Source of the DNA: Callorhinchus milii
Lineage: Eukaryota
Length of the DNA: 64,000 bases
Direction: 5' to 3'
Assembly (NCBI RefSeq): GCF_018977255.1
Contig: NW_024704742.1
Location: forward strand, 99,140,001 to 99,204,000
The notes under the pieces are model-generated. The model saw only the letters and a list, made by a program, of their open reading frames with translations, searched no databases and was not told the DNA's origin. Numbering within the stretch: the first letter of the stretch is position 1; the number at the start of each line of letters is the position of its first letter. Position numbers and translations under genes: made by a program. Of the stretch, positions 10,958 to 50,620 are shown one piece after another.

Positions 10958-11635
10958 TTCTGGTCTCAATATTGATTTCAACAATTTCAGACCATAACGG
11001 CTCACCTTCCCCCTCCCCCTCTTCTGTGATCATTACCACATCATCTGGGTCCCAGACACACCTTTTCTCTCTCTGGTCTGACTATTTTGTTTGAATCCCC
11101 TCCACCCTTGGTTTTGCATTATTAACACCATCGGGCGCTGTGCCTTAGTCACTACGCCTCGAGGCTCTGGAACTCACTTCCTTCATCCTTCGCCTCGCCC
11201 CCTCTCTTCCTATATTCAGGGTTCAGCTGAAGGCCTTTCTTTTCGACCGCGCCTTTGGTCACCTTCCTCCCCCTCGCCCTGGCTCGGGATCCGTCACTGT
11301 GAAGCAGTCTGAGACTCTGTCTGGCGTGGAGGGCGCTATACATATCCAAGTTGTTGTATTCCCTGCTTTATTGCAATCCTCCCCTCCCCCCCTTTGTCTT
11401 GCATCATTAACACTTCTTTAACCCATCATCCCTTGTCCTCTACCCCATTTTCTCCTTTGTCTTCCTTGCCCTACCCCCCCCCCCCCCACTCTCCGTTAGC
11501 CCTTAAAAGCCTCTCCCTCCCAACATGCCCCAGTTCTGACAAAGGGTTGTGGACCTGAAACTTGGACTAACTTTCCTTTCTCCATAGATGCTGCCTGACC
11601 TGCCGAGAGTTCATAACGACTTCTGTTGTTGTCTC
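10958..11635 (+). mobile_element. Penelope-like element 3' fragment(s), inverted partner of 10470-10952, interrupted by an L2 tail fragment (11127-11357)
   Basis: Begins SGLNIDFNNFRP*; reverse-complement match to the left arm; decayed hammerhead at 11532-11568. Confidence 0.75.
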
Positions 11636-11869
11636 ACTCTTAATAATAATTCTTCCATTATATATAGCGCCTTATCTTGTCGTTGAGACACCTCAAAACG
11701 CTTCACAGAATACACTGTAAAGTGAATTGACTGCATATTTTGTGGGCAAGACTCGGCCGCACGTTGCAGTGTCCCACAAACAGCCATGAAACGTTCGACA
11801 AATTTTTAACTTTATTTCTCCCGGGAAATTCACACACAGACCGGAAGGCTAAGACTTATAGAAGTGAAT

Positions 11870-12330
11870 GCTCCACCATCCACAAGCTGCAGCTCATTCA
11901 AAACTCCACCGTTCGCATCCTCATCGGCACCAAACTCTACGATCCCATCACCCTAGTCTTCACGTGTCTGGCTCCCCTGGCTCACAGTAAATCGATTTCA
12001 AGGTCCTCAATCTCACCTAGAAATCCATCCTCTCGCTGCTACCTCCTCCACTTGCCTCTTCCGCTTAGTTAACTTGGACTTGCTTTATGTCCCCTAGCCT
12101 CTTTACACTAATGACTGAGGCTTTGTTTCCTACATTCCTAGTCTCTAGAACTCCTTCCCTCTACCACTCCAACTTGCCCACTCACTTTCTGTCTTCAAGT
12201 CTCATCTCAAAACCCTGTAAATGCCACCCCTCTCCACTTCCTTGCTCGGCATCGAAACCCATCTCTGTAAAAGTATCCCGAGACAGTAAGGACTATAAAA
12301 GGACTCGATGTAACTGCAAGTTGTTGCAAC
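11870..12330 (+). mobile_element. Diverged L2 3' fragment
   Basis: IHKLQLIQNS-like peptide, tail TGCAAGTTGTTG. Confidence 0.65.
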
Positions 12331-12589
12331 ATGAGTTAATGGTAACAGGGTGGAAGGGGTAGAAATAAATAATAATAATCCCTGCATTTGATATCATGCC
12401 TTATCACGTCATTGAGGCAACTCAAAGCGTTTCACAAAATATATAAACAATAAAAACAACAACTTGCACTTATCTAGCACCCTCCATGTAGAGTAGCTAG
12501 TGTCTCAGAACAACCTGGCTATATGTAGGATTCACATATATTAGGAGTAAAGGACATTATATTAGAACCCAGTTATATACATTCACACC

Positions 12590-14223
12590 CCTTCTCCCTC
12601 TGCCATGGCTCCTGCCACATTCCCCCACTTCATACACTCCTTTGCCCCCATTTCTCCCTCCCTCTCAACCACAATCACCCGCATAAAGTTCACCACTCGC
12701 TGCCTCGACTCCCTCTCCACCCACCTGCCGGTCACTCAATTTCCCCTCCTCTTCCCCCTGCTGGCCGACAATGTCAACCAGTCTCTCTCCTCAGGCTCTG
12801 TTCCACGCCCCCGAAAACCGCTGTTAACACACCCCTCCTCAAAAAACCCACCCTCGATCCCTCTAATCTCTCACACTACCATCCCATTTCCAACCTACCC
12901 TTCCTTGCCAAAGTCCTGGAACGCATTATTGCAGGTCAACTTTGGTCACACCTCTCCCTCCACTCCCTTCTCGAGTTCCTGCAGTTTGTTTTTTGCCCTG
13001 TGCACAAGACAGAGACATCGCTTGTCAAAGTCACAAACAACATTCTCTCTATCTATGACCAGGGCTCCCTCTGCCTCCTCACCTTTATGGATCCCTCTGC
13101 TGCTTTCAACACAGTCAACCACGCAATCCTCCTCCATCGCCTCTTCTCCCTCATCCACCTTAGTGGTCCTACTTAACCAATCGCCTCCATTTCATCTCGG
13201 CAAATGGTTTCTCCTTTTGCCCCGGCCCGGTCACCTGCAGGGTATCCCAGGGCTCCATTCTTGGCCCCCTTCTTTTCCTAATCCGGGTGATGTCATCTGC
13301 AGACATGGGGTAAACGTCCACATGTCTGCGGATGACACACAAATCTACTTTGCCTCCTCCAGTACCAACTCCAGGTCCACCAATGTTCTATCAGCTTGTC
13401 TGGCAGACATCAGGGACTGGATGAGTGCAAACTTCTTGCAATTGAATGTGGACAAGACTGAAACCATACTCTTTGGCTCCCATTAACATCTTCACTCCTA
13501 TGTATCTAGACTCCTCAACCTCTCTGGGCTCTCCCTCAGATTTACTGAACCAGTGCGCAATCTAGACATCCGGTTCGACCCCCAGCTGTCGTTCCTTCCC
13601 CACATCTGGTCCCTGAACAGGAATGCCTTCCTCTGCCTCCGCCCCATTGCCCACCTCCAACCGTACCTTACCCCAAATGCAGCCGAAGCCCTCGTGCATG
13701 TGTTTGTCACCTTCCCCCTGGATTATTCAAACACAGTTCCACTGTTCAAAAAATCCAGCTTTCAGAACTCCGCTGCACGCATACTTACCTGGACCAAACT
13801 CTGTACCCACGTCTCACCAGTTCTGGCCAGACTCCACTGGCTCTCCATTATCAAACGGATCGACTTCAAGATCCTCACACTTGTGTTCAAATCCATTCAC
13901 TCCCTGGCACCTCCCTACCTCTCCGACCTCCTCGCTCCCCAATCCACCACCAGGCACCTCCGCTCAACTGGCACCAGCCTCCTGCTTGTCCCTTGAACCT
14001 TGCGCTCCACCATTAGTGTTCATGCTTTCAGGCACTACGTCCGGAAACTTTGGAAAACTCTTCCTCGATCCCTCCGCCTTGACCTTCTCTCCCCTCTTTC
14101 AAGTCCTGCCTTAAAACCTTCCTTTTCGACCATCCTTACGGCCACTTCCCCCCACCCAGCTCGGAGTCAGGCTCCTCCATTGTTAAGCGCTTGGTGGGCA
14201 TTATAAAAGTGCAAGTTGTTGTT
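12590..14223 (+). mobile_element. Degenerate L2 LINE (RT region to tail), multiple frameshifts
   Basis: ADDTQIY, LQLNVDKTE, FQNSAARIL, LHWL peptides across ORFs 12605-13486 and 13553-13996; (TTG)n tail. Confidence 0.9.
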
Positions 14224-14271
14224 GTATATAATCAGTAATGCTCCTTTAGTGGCCAAACTTTATTTGTATAT

Positions 14272-14609
14272 GGTTCCATTGGCTCCCCATCCTTCAGAGG
14301 ATTCCAGTTCAAGATCCTGGTCCTCACCTACATTGGCGGGAGAGCCTTCAGCCACTCCGCCCCTCAACCTCTGGGATTCCACCCCCCCAGTCACTCCGCC
14401 TCGCCCCCTCCTCAGCCTCCTTCAAGTTCCGCCTCAAGACCCTCCTCTTCGACCGCGCCATCGGCCAACCCCCCCCACCCCCCCCCCCCTTCCTTCCCAT
14501 CCCGCGACCCCACAGCTCGGGTCTGAAATGCCGTAACGCCGTCCGGCGCCTCGGGACGTCCTCCCGACGTGAAAGGCGCCGCACAAAAGTAATGTTGTGT
14601 TGCTGTTGT
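14272..14609 (+). mobile_element. L2 3' fragment immediately upstream of ALDH7A1 exon 1
   Basis: TTCAAGATCCTGGTCCTCACC and 3' stem-loop GGGACGTCCTCCCGACGTGAAAGGCGC. Confidence 0.8.
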
Positions 14610-14814
14610 CTGAGGTCTGGGAAAGAGGAGTGTTTTGGGCCATGTGCCCGGGAGCTGTGGTTGGTTGTGATCCAGTGAGGGTTTGGAACAGCTCTATACC
14701 CTCTAACCTATGGCCTTCCAGGGGGCAGCGCCGGGGTTTACCAACCACAACGCAACGAGGTGGAGAATTCCCTTCCCCATCGCTCGGGCTCTGGCACTTC
14801 ACTGCGTTGCATCC

Positions 14815-41602
<26,788 letters not shown>

Positions 41603-41726
41603 TTAGTGTTGGTGACTTGCCACAAACTATTGGGACTTCTGTCTCCAAGAGCAACGAGAGAGAATTTGTTACAGAATGCTGGAGTGCAAGAGAAGCAGAA
41701 CCCCGTTGTAATGAAACAGAATGTGC

Positions 41727-41732
41727 AATAAA
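41727..41732 (+). terminator. Candidate ALDH7A1 polyadenylation signal AATAAA
   Basis: First AATAAA 125 nt after the stop, followed by T/GT-rich sequence. Confidence 0.55.
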
Positions 41733-42557
41733 GTGGAAAACTTTTAATTTCCACTGTCTTCTGTCCCATTTGGATTTTTATTTACACTAACTGTGAAATC
41801 TAGCTCAAGTCACGTCTTTGTTTTATTGCCACACAGAGAAACCCAAGCTACTTGTTGCTTTGTAAGTGTGTTTTCCCTTAATGGTTTGGGGGGAAAAAGG
41901 GAAAAAAACACCTTTGGAATGATTTGTCTCTTACAATGTGATACAATGTCCATGAGATACAAGCAAAAATTATTTTTTATTCAAAAGCTGTGATTTGTCC
42001 AAGCTGAATTCTTAGCAAAAGGAATTGCTGACTTAGCAATTCTAAAGCGAATGAGAAAAGGTGCTTTAGATTTCAGGTGCTGTCCCCAGTTTAGAAAGGG
42101 ACTGGGTGTTGGGCTTCTTTGACAGACCTTAGAGATAGTGCAGTGCATTTTGGTTTTCTTGTCATATGATATCAGTTCATTTCCCTGGGGTTGGAAAAGC
42201 GCTTCATCAGTAAAACGTCAGTGGGAATGTTGCCTCGTGCTCAAGATACTCAAATGCTTCTTGATCAGTTGGAATCCAAGGGGAAGGCACAATCTTCACC
42301 ACATCATTGTTAGAGAAGTCACTGTGCCCCTGACCTCATAATTCCCTCCATAAACCCTTCTGCGTTGCTCCCTTTCAGTCTTTATAAACCTACTTTTACG
42401 GTGCTTATGGTCACTTCCCCTTCACTCTTACCCCACACTCCTCTTACCTCACACTCCGGCTCCAACTCTATAAAGTGCATTAAGAAAGGTTTTTCATAAC
42501 TGCCAAGTTGTACCATTATTCATAAATCAGAGGAAAATTCTAAATATATTTTATTTT

Positions 42558-42863
42558 GGAGTCCTGTAACTCAGTGGTTAGAGCACTCGCTTTGCAAGCG
42601 AGAGACCTGAGTTCAATTCCAGGCAGGGCGAAACCTTGGGCAAGTTTCCTTACTCCACATGTCTAATAATAATCCCTCCAAAACCAAAACCAATAATAAA
42701 TTGGTCATTTTCAATCTACGACTGTTTGTGAGACAATTGGCTGCCGTGTTCGCCCACAAATATACAGTCAATTCACTTTACAGTATATTCTGTGAAGCGC
42801 TTTGGGACGTCCTCCTGATGTGAAAAGCGCTATATCAAATGCAAGGATTATAATTATTATTAT
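42558..42863 (+). mobile_element. Full-length tRNA-derived SINE
   Basis: GGAGTCCTGTAACTCAGTGGTTAGAGC head, (TTA)n tail. Confidence 0.92.
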
Positions 42864-44064
42864 AATGAGGTTCCCTTGGAAGAAACAGAGTGTGGTTTAC
42901 AATGCCACAGTTTTGACCTCTCATGTTCCAGTGTAGAACTTGGTTAGGATAGATACAAATTCAGCAAAACCATTATTCTGCTTGAACTTTCCCTACCCAA
43001 TTCTGCTCTTGCCTGAGAGAAAAAAGCTGACAATTTGCATGCGTGCCAGTGGGTATTGAGAAGAGGGCAATAGGACATAGCACAGGATAAGTGACAAGTT
43101 GCGTGGTTTATTCAGACAGTCTCAAGAGGCTGGCACTCACATTCTGGGTGAAAGCACACTGTAGGTATCACTTGATAAATAAACTGCACAACATGTAACT
43201 TGCTGCTGAAAAACAAAAAAAAATACACTGCAACAACAATTAGATGACGATTAGCTTCAGCTCTTATGTCCCTATATAATTCTTTGCCTGTGTCACGCAA
43301 GTCAAAAAGTGGGTTAATAGTTATCACTGAGGCTTGAGGTTGTAATTAGATCCCTGGGTTCAACTGCTGTTTATAATGTAATCAAAACTACTCACTTTCA
43401 ATTCACTGTGTCTTGATTACTTCCTGGAATTACTGACTTGTCATTCCATCACCTGTTACCCTATCTGCTATCCAGTGTGTGTCTTTTCCATATGTCCTAT
43501 TTTCCTGCAAAATATTCCCCTTTTTCTTGAGTTTCTTGGGCCTTCAGAACCATGAATATAACATACTATACTTCAGATTGGTGTCTGTTATAATATTTAT
43601 TATCTGATAATATTGTCACTTGTCTTTTGAATCCACCCTGTGCCTGTTACCTTGTTTTCTTCCATGCCTTATCTTGTAGCATACTTGTGCTGATATGAAA
43701 GAATCTAATCTCCAGCCACATTCCTATTTTTCCTGTGATGGATTATTTCCCTTCATGTCCCCTTCTGCAGATCTCATCTGCTCCCAGTCAAGGGAGTAAG
43801 CAGGGACCAGCTCCCAGACTTCTCTAATTCCTCTACATAGTCTCTGGCAAATTTATGTGTCGCTATGCAACACGATTCTAATTTTCTTTCTGTGAATAAG
43901 TGTATGTTTGTGTGTGTGTATGTGTGTGCAGAGGGAGGGGGAGAGCTCTCTTTCTGCCTCCTTTTCTCTCTCTTTGGTGAAGGCAACCTCTGCTCAGGGT
44001 GTCCAAAACAGCATTACTGAAATTATTCATTTGCCTACAAAATCCACAGTCAGTACACCTTTGT

Positions 44065-44376
44065 GGAGTCCTGTAGCTCAGTGGTTAGAGCACTCACCTT
44101 GCAAGCGAGTCACCAGGGTTGAATTCCAGGCAGGGTGAAACCTTGGGCAAGTTTCCTTACTCCACACGCCTAATAATAATCTCTCCAAAACAAAACAATA
44201 ATAAATTGGTCATTTTCAATCCACGACTGTTTGTGGGACACTTCTGTGTGCAATTAGCTGCTGCGTTTTGCCCACAAATATACAGTCAATTCACTTTACA
44301 GCATATTCTGGAAAGCTCTTTGAGACGTCGAGAAGACGTGAAAAGCGCTATATCAAATGCAAGGTTATTATTATTA
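44065..44376 (+). mobile_element. Full-length tRNA-derived SINE
   Basis: Same head, body and tail as 42558-42863. Confidence 0.9.
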
Positions 44377-44514
44377 CAATAAATCTTGTGAAACACTTTC
44401 AGATAGCTTGATGATAAAGTTCTACATTAAATGCAAGGCTTATTATAATTCACCAAAGAGGGAACTGCAGGAATTAACCTGTATTCCTAGTGCCAAAATC
44501 TTGCACCTATACAT

Positions 44515-44600
44515 ATGTGTGTGTGTGTATGTCAATGTGTGTGCATGTATGTGTCTGTGTGTAGGTGTGCATGTGTGTATGGTATGTGTGTGTACATGCC
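44515..44600. repeat. Imperfect (TG)n microsatellite
   Basis: Read directly. Confidence 0.8.
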
Positions 44601-47600
44601 TATATTTTTGAATACCATTTTGCATCTGAATTCTCTGGCAGTTTGAGGGATGCATCCAGGTTTCATCGGGCAATAATGGTGCAGTCAGTATGTATTTCTG
44701 TTTCCCAGTATTCTGGAGACACTCTCAGCCAGCAACAGTTGGAATCTTGCTTTCAAATATGAATTCATTTGAGACCATCTGAAACCTGAATCCATCACAA
44801 TGCTCATTCCTGGGGCCAGTGAAAAGTATTACATTCATTGATACTGAAGCCGGAGTTTGGTCCAGGAAAGCTCATCAAATCCCTTCATCTCTTTTGACAG
44901 CGATTGAGGGCTCTCCCCACTGCCTTTGCTGTGTTGCAGAAAACTGTACTTGATGCAATGATATGAGCTGGAATAACTCCCTTTCAGGATCTGTCTGCTT
45001 TAGGAATCCCTGCAAGAGATGTAACTCCTAGCATTCCAGTTGAATGGCTCTCTGTTCGATTACCTTGCCAACTTGGCAGTCCACTAGCACCAGGGAGTTC
45101 TGCCACACAAGCTCCGAGAGAGAGCGTGTGGGAAGCAGCAGTGAATAGAGGCAAGGGACTTGGAAACATCAGCTTTCTCACTGATGATGGAGGGGAGGGT
45201 GTAGAATGTTTTAATGCTGCAAGCTCTGCTCTGATACTGATCCAAAGGGAACGGTCTTAACATTTCTGTAGCACATCAAAAGAAATCAAACAAGCAACCG
45301 TTTTCCAAGGGACCTTTTAAGTAAACACTCTAAGTGAGAACCTCGACCAATTTATTTTGAATAATTTTCAAAACTTCTTTTAAAAAGCAAATTAACATGA
45401 ATGTCAATGTGGAACTCAATCCGAGGATCAGGTTTGATTCCCCCCACACCCTCCCTCCCCTTCCCCCACTTCCATGGAAGTGACAGCCAATTGAAAGGGT
45501 TAGCAAAAAAAGCACACAATCCATAATAAAAACTAATTACAGACACTGAACTCATTTCTCTCCACAATTAAGTTAAAAGAAACCGAAAACGCTGCACGCA
45601 TTTAACATCACTTTAATGCGGCTGTCTGTTCAGGCCTGCGATCTTGCTGTTTTTGTTTGCATCTGACAGCCTTTGCTGGATTGGTTTAGACTTCCTGCTC
45701 TGGTGTATAATTAAATCTTTGAAAGTGAAGCGAAATCTCTAGCTGCAGTAAATATGCATCAGATTTATACGGTTATGCAAGGGATTACTGCTAGATTGTT
45801 TCCATGTGAGAGAGGGGAGACTAATTGAGGCTTTTTAGAGGCTGCTTGCTTTTCAAGCTTTGCCTTTTATGTAGATTCAGTACCCAATTCTCTTTAAAGG
45901 ACTATGTTTAATGCGATTGGTGTTCGCTTGTTTGGAAGTAGTGACCCAAACTGAAATACATATTCTGGCAGCTGCAGCATTATAATAACACTCCAATTAT
46001 GCATGGTAATTTACATATGTAAATTGGTTATAATAAGTTCTCATCCATCTTCTGCCTTGCTTTTATAATTTGAATTTCTTTGAACTGCTGGTTACTTCAA
46101 TGCACAAGAAGCTCTGAGGGAAATTGCTTTCAGTAATTTCACCTGGTGCTCCCGCTTTCCAATTTATACAGATTACACATCCTTTAATCAAGTTTTCATG
46201 GCATATCTCTCTGAATGTTAATCCATTTGGTTTCACAGTGAATTTTGCCAAAAAAACAGAGAACCCTTTGCAATAGGGTGATGTGTATTTGTGACAGCTG
46301 CTGTTTCTTTATTAGTGAATGGAATGACATTAGATGTGCTTTTAGCAAAAAATAAGAAAACAGTAATTGGATGTCTGAGACATTCCCCTGGTATATCATT
46401 GTTACAGGGGAGCAATGCAAGGCAACAGCTCTTGTATAGTACCAGAGGCTGCTGGGCTGCAACTTGTGTGGACAGCCTTGTTTTTGCATAGCCCAGTTAG
46501 CGCTGGTTATGAAGATTAAAGTGTTTTGCTCTATGTGTGAAGTACTTCTGTTTTGTTTCTCGTGGTCAGATAAGAGCTTGTGAGCAGTAGTTCTACACAG
46601 TGCCAATATTGCACTAGCAATACAATTTAATAATCCCTGCATTTGATATAGTGCCGTATCACACCGTTAAGACATGTCAAAGCACCTCACAGAACATATT
46701 GAAAAGTGGAGTGACTGTATATTTTGTGGACAAAATGCAGCAGCCAATTGCACCCATCAGTATGCCACAAATTGTCCCACATTGAGTGACCAAACTATTA
46801 TTATTATTTTAGTTTTGTTTTTGGTTGGGATTATTACCCCCAAAAAGTGATTGGTCAATTTGCCAATTTCACTCACAGCTGTAGAAAGAATGCCTCACTT
46901 TCCACAAGTGCACACTACAGTGCATTTTGATCTCAGATTTTGATCAATTAAAGCATTTCACAGCTCATGTAACAGTCACCCATCAGAAGCCTCAATTTGT
47001 TGTGAGCTTCTCTTTTATCGGTCAGGATCAGATGACCGTGTTCACAAAGGAAAACATTGCTGCTTTGAAACCTGACCTACATCATCTGCCCTTGGGCTAG
47101 TTTGAACTCTTGCATTTAGGGTTCAAAAAGCATCAAACTTGCTTTGCTACACTGGACATTAAACAAGTTGAGTCTATGCATAATAGTAGGTTTCCAAGTG
47201 ACTGCCCCAGTTAATAATCTTAGTGTAATTTATGCTGTGTTATAAAAAAAGTCATTCAGTTCTTTATTAATTAACTGTGCTCCCAACCTTGAGTTCTCTC
47301 GCACAGTTACATAAAATAAGATTTAAAAAAAACTAACATAAAAATTGCAAACATTTTGCGCAGGTTATTACATTCATGTTTTTGTCTCAGTTTTTTTAGG
47401 CAATTTAAAATAGGCCGTAGCAAATTGTAATTGTATATCTTGCCTCACGGACAAAACAATTATGCTGGAATGACTTACAAATGAATTAATAACAGATCCT
47501 TTCATCCAAGGACATAATTCAAGGTTTCTAATTATGAAACAAAAGGGAGCAATGAAAATTGACATTTCCTGTGCGCAATATAATTACCATCCTACAGCCA

Positions 47601-50204
47601 GGAGATTAAATTGATAAAAAGAAAATTTGTCTGTATAAAACTGGAGACAGAGATATTACTTGAAGCTTTATGATAGTTGTAGGGATCCAGAAAACAGTTT
47701 ATCTTCTCCCTCTGTACTGAGAAATGTAAAAGCCACAGAGCTTTGTAAACTGATAGGGAGTTGTCATTTGTTGTAACAGTGGATTGCTCTGAATAAACGC
47801 ATGATTTTTTTTGAGATGTGACTATCCTGTTATAGCAAACAAAAATAAAATAGCCAAGCCTGAAAAAAATCCTTTAATAGCCTGATACATAGCATTCAAC
47901 ATATGTTTCAGCCTAACCATTCCTCTGGTAATTTCTCATCCATATTGTGCTCCTCGTCCACCATAATGAACCATTTGTTATAAACTTGCCTTTAATGACA
48001 CTGTGTGCTTCAACAAAGCCATGCTCTTGACTGTTTATTTTTTCTAAGGATAGCTCTATGTGTTGTCTATCTGTTCTATGGTTCATTCTTTGACTCATTA
48101 CCCATCAATTCAACTCTTCATCCAACTCTTTGCTGATGATTCTACTCTACATTTAACCACTTGCTTCAGATTGGACAAAATCTTTACTCATCTCGCAGAA
48201 TGACTAAACCTTGATCTCCTCCATGGCCCTCAATGGAGCAATAATCTGTTTCTTTATATTCCTCAGACATATTTCTTCATGTCTCTTGTAAGTCTTCAGG
48301 CCCCGCGTTGGATTTTGAGCTCATAGTCAAGGCTGGCTCTCCATTGCTGTGAATTGTCAGAGGTGCTGTCCTTCAGATGAGATGTTCAAGAGGAACATTA
48401 AAGATTGCATAATACGACTGAAAAAAGAAAGTGATTTCTCCCAGTGTCCTGTCAAACAAACCTTCAGAAAAAAATACTCATTCACTTCATGGCTGTTTGT
48501 GGATCATTGCTGTGTGCAAATTGGCTGTCGTGTTTGCCTACAAATACATAGTCAAGATAAAATAAAAAATCACAAAAAACACTGTGAGAATTGTGATAAG
48601 GTTATATATCAAAGGCAAGTTTAATTGTTTAAATCTAACCAATAGCTACTTAACTTTGATGATGCCATTCCTTCCTTCCTTCAGTGAACAAAATAAGCAG
48701 CAATACAGATCATGAATTGATGATTGCAACAACAACTTGCATTATATAGTACTCCTTATGCCCAGAGCAGCGTCCCAGAGTGCTTGCCAGTGGCAGAGCA
48801 TGAGCCCATGATCTCCTGACCCGAGTGCCACCATCTGAGCTAACCTGGCACTGACTTGATCTCTAAATTCCATTGATCTCGTTGCCAGGCCATTGTGGTT
48901 TGCTATTATTTTATTTTTCCTTATAACAAGAATGCCTTTTCATTAAAATGCCCTTAAATTCCTTAAAATGACCTTAAATAAATTCCATAACAGCACGCCT
49001 ATGTTAGTTTGAAACACTTCTGATTTCAGTAAATATAATTTTACTTTTGATTGAGTTAGTTTTTATCTTTCATTGACATGGTAAATTGTACATTACACAG
49101 ACTGTACATGAGGCCTTGACATAAAGAATCTGTGGAATGCTTTTCCAGCAGTGGAATTCAGCCTCAATTCCCGAAATGGCCTTAGTCCATAAAATTATTT
49201 TGTCTTGAAATTTAAAGCTGCGCAGAACAGTGGAAATTTCTTCAATTCAGTTTTGATTTAAAACCATTTTCTATTTAAGATCTGCAAAACAACAGCTTTC
49301 AAATTAAGACTGAATTTAAGAATTTTCCACAATTATACATGAGTATAAATTATAAATTAAAATAAGGTAAGATGGAATTTGGGGCATCAATGTTATTATT
49401 AAATCATATGCTGTAGATCCTATTTTCATAGACTCGTTATTGTGAGCATTAAGACACAGGATGCATGATGGTAGTTGTTTGGAGTCCTAGTCACAGCGAC
49501 AACAACTTGTGTTCAGGTAGCATCCTTCACATAGGATAACATCTTGAAGTGCTTCTCAAAGACGGGTTCAGATGCTTCAACAAGGGAGAACATACCACAG
49601 CTGGAGTGGTTATTATATTAGGCAAACAATAGGTCAATTAAACATGATTTGTTTGCTGTGAACAGATTAGTTCAGGCAAGGTCTGAACAGTAAAATAAGT
49701 AACTAAAATGTTAAAGATAAGTCACAGAAGGGAGGTTTTATGGCACAATTAGTGTAGCAACGTTGAATAACTAATTACAAAATTATTTTGTTAGCAACAA
49801 GAACAGTGAACTGGAGCACTGTCCTGTCAGCAACTTTGCATGAAATACCAAGCAAGCAGCCTCACCATAAACTGACAGGAGATTTGGTTGTTAATATAAA
49901 TAGTTGACTGCTTCCTGCCTTCTCTTTTAAAGGCTAATCTTGTTGGAGGAGGGGCAGGAGGAGTGGCATGGGAAAACCTTGAATTATTTAGTATTTGTTG
50001 ACAGAAAATTGAATGTGATCAACAACGTTATTGGTTAAAGGTTAAATTTATGGACAAGTTTACAAATGGTGCAAGGTAGAAAAATTGTTATAGATCAATA
50101 AGATTGCTTTTTTAACCACAGTAGGATTAGCAGATGGGTGCTGTAATCGATTTTGTATGCCAATAAGAATATCAACTAAATTACTGAATGTCGACGAATC
50201 AAAA

Positions 50205-50620
50205 TAATAACAATAATCATAATCCTTGCATTTGATATAGAGCCTTATCATGTCTTCGAGAAGTCAAAAACGCTTCACAGAATATCCTATAAAGTGAATT
50301 GACTGTATATTATTAAATAAATAATAATCCTTGCATTTAATATAGCGCTTTTCATGTCTTCTAGATGTCTCAAAGCGCTTCACAGAATAGACTGTAAAGT
50401 GAATTGACTGTATTTTTGTGAGTGAAATGCGGCAGCACACAGCAGTGTCCCACAAACAGTGGTGGATTGAAATGACCAATTTATTATTGCTTTTTTTGAG
50501 GGATTATGATCAGGCGTGTGGAGTAAGGAAACTTACCCAAGGTTTCACCCTGCCGGGAATTGAACCCAGGTCTCTCGCATGCAAAGCAAGTGCTCTAACC
50601 ACTAAGCTGCAGGATTCCAC
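50205..50620 (-). mobile_element. tRNA-derived SINE with an adjacent duplicated tail fragment
   Basis: Two successive tails (50205-50310, 50318-50420), head ending near 50618. Confidence 0.85.

Noticed and set aside
42558..42630. tRNA genes at GGAGTCCTGTAGCTCAGTGGTTAGAGC sites
   Set aside because: Each continues into a SINE body and L2 tail and lacks a closing acceptor stem; they are SINE heads.
44988..45260. 91-codon open frame after a CTTTCAG acceptor
   Set aside because: No recognisable protein or partner exons; this length is compatible with chance in 64 kb.
45330..45365. IQNKLVEVLT* as a GRAMD2B last exon
   Set aside because: Only superficial similarity, no acceptor AG at the expected position and no other GRAM-domain exons found.
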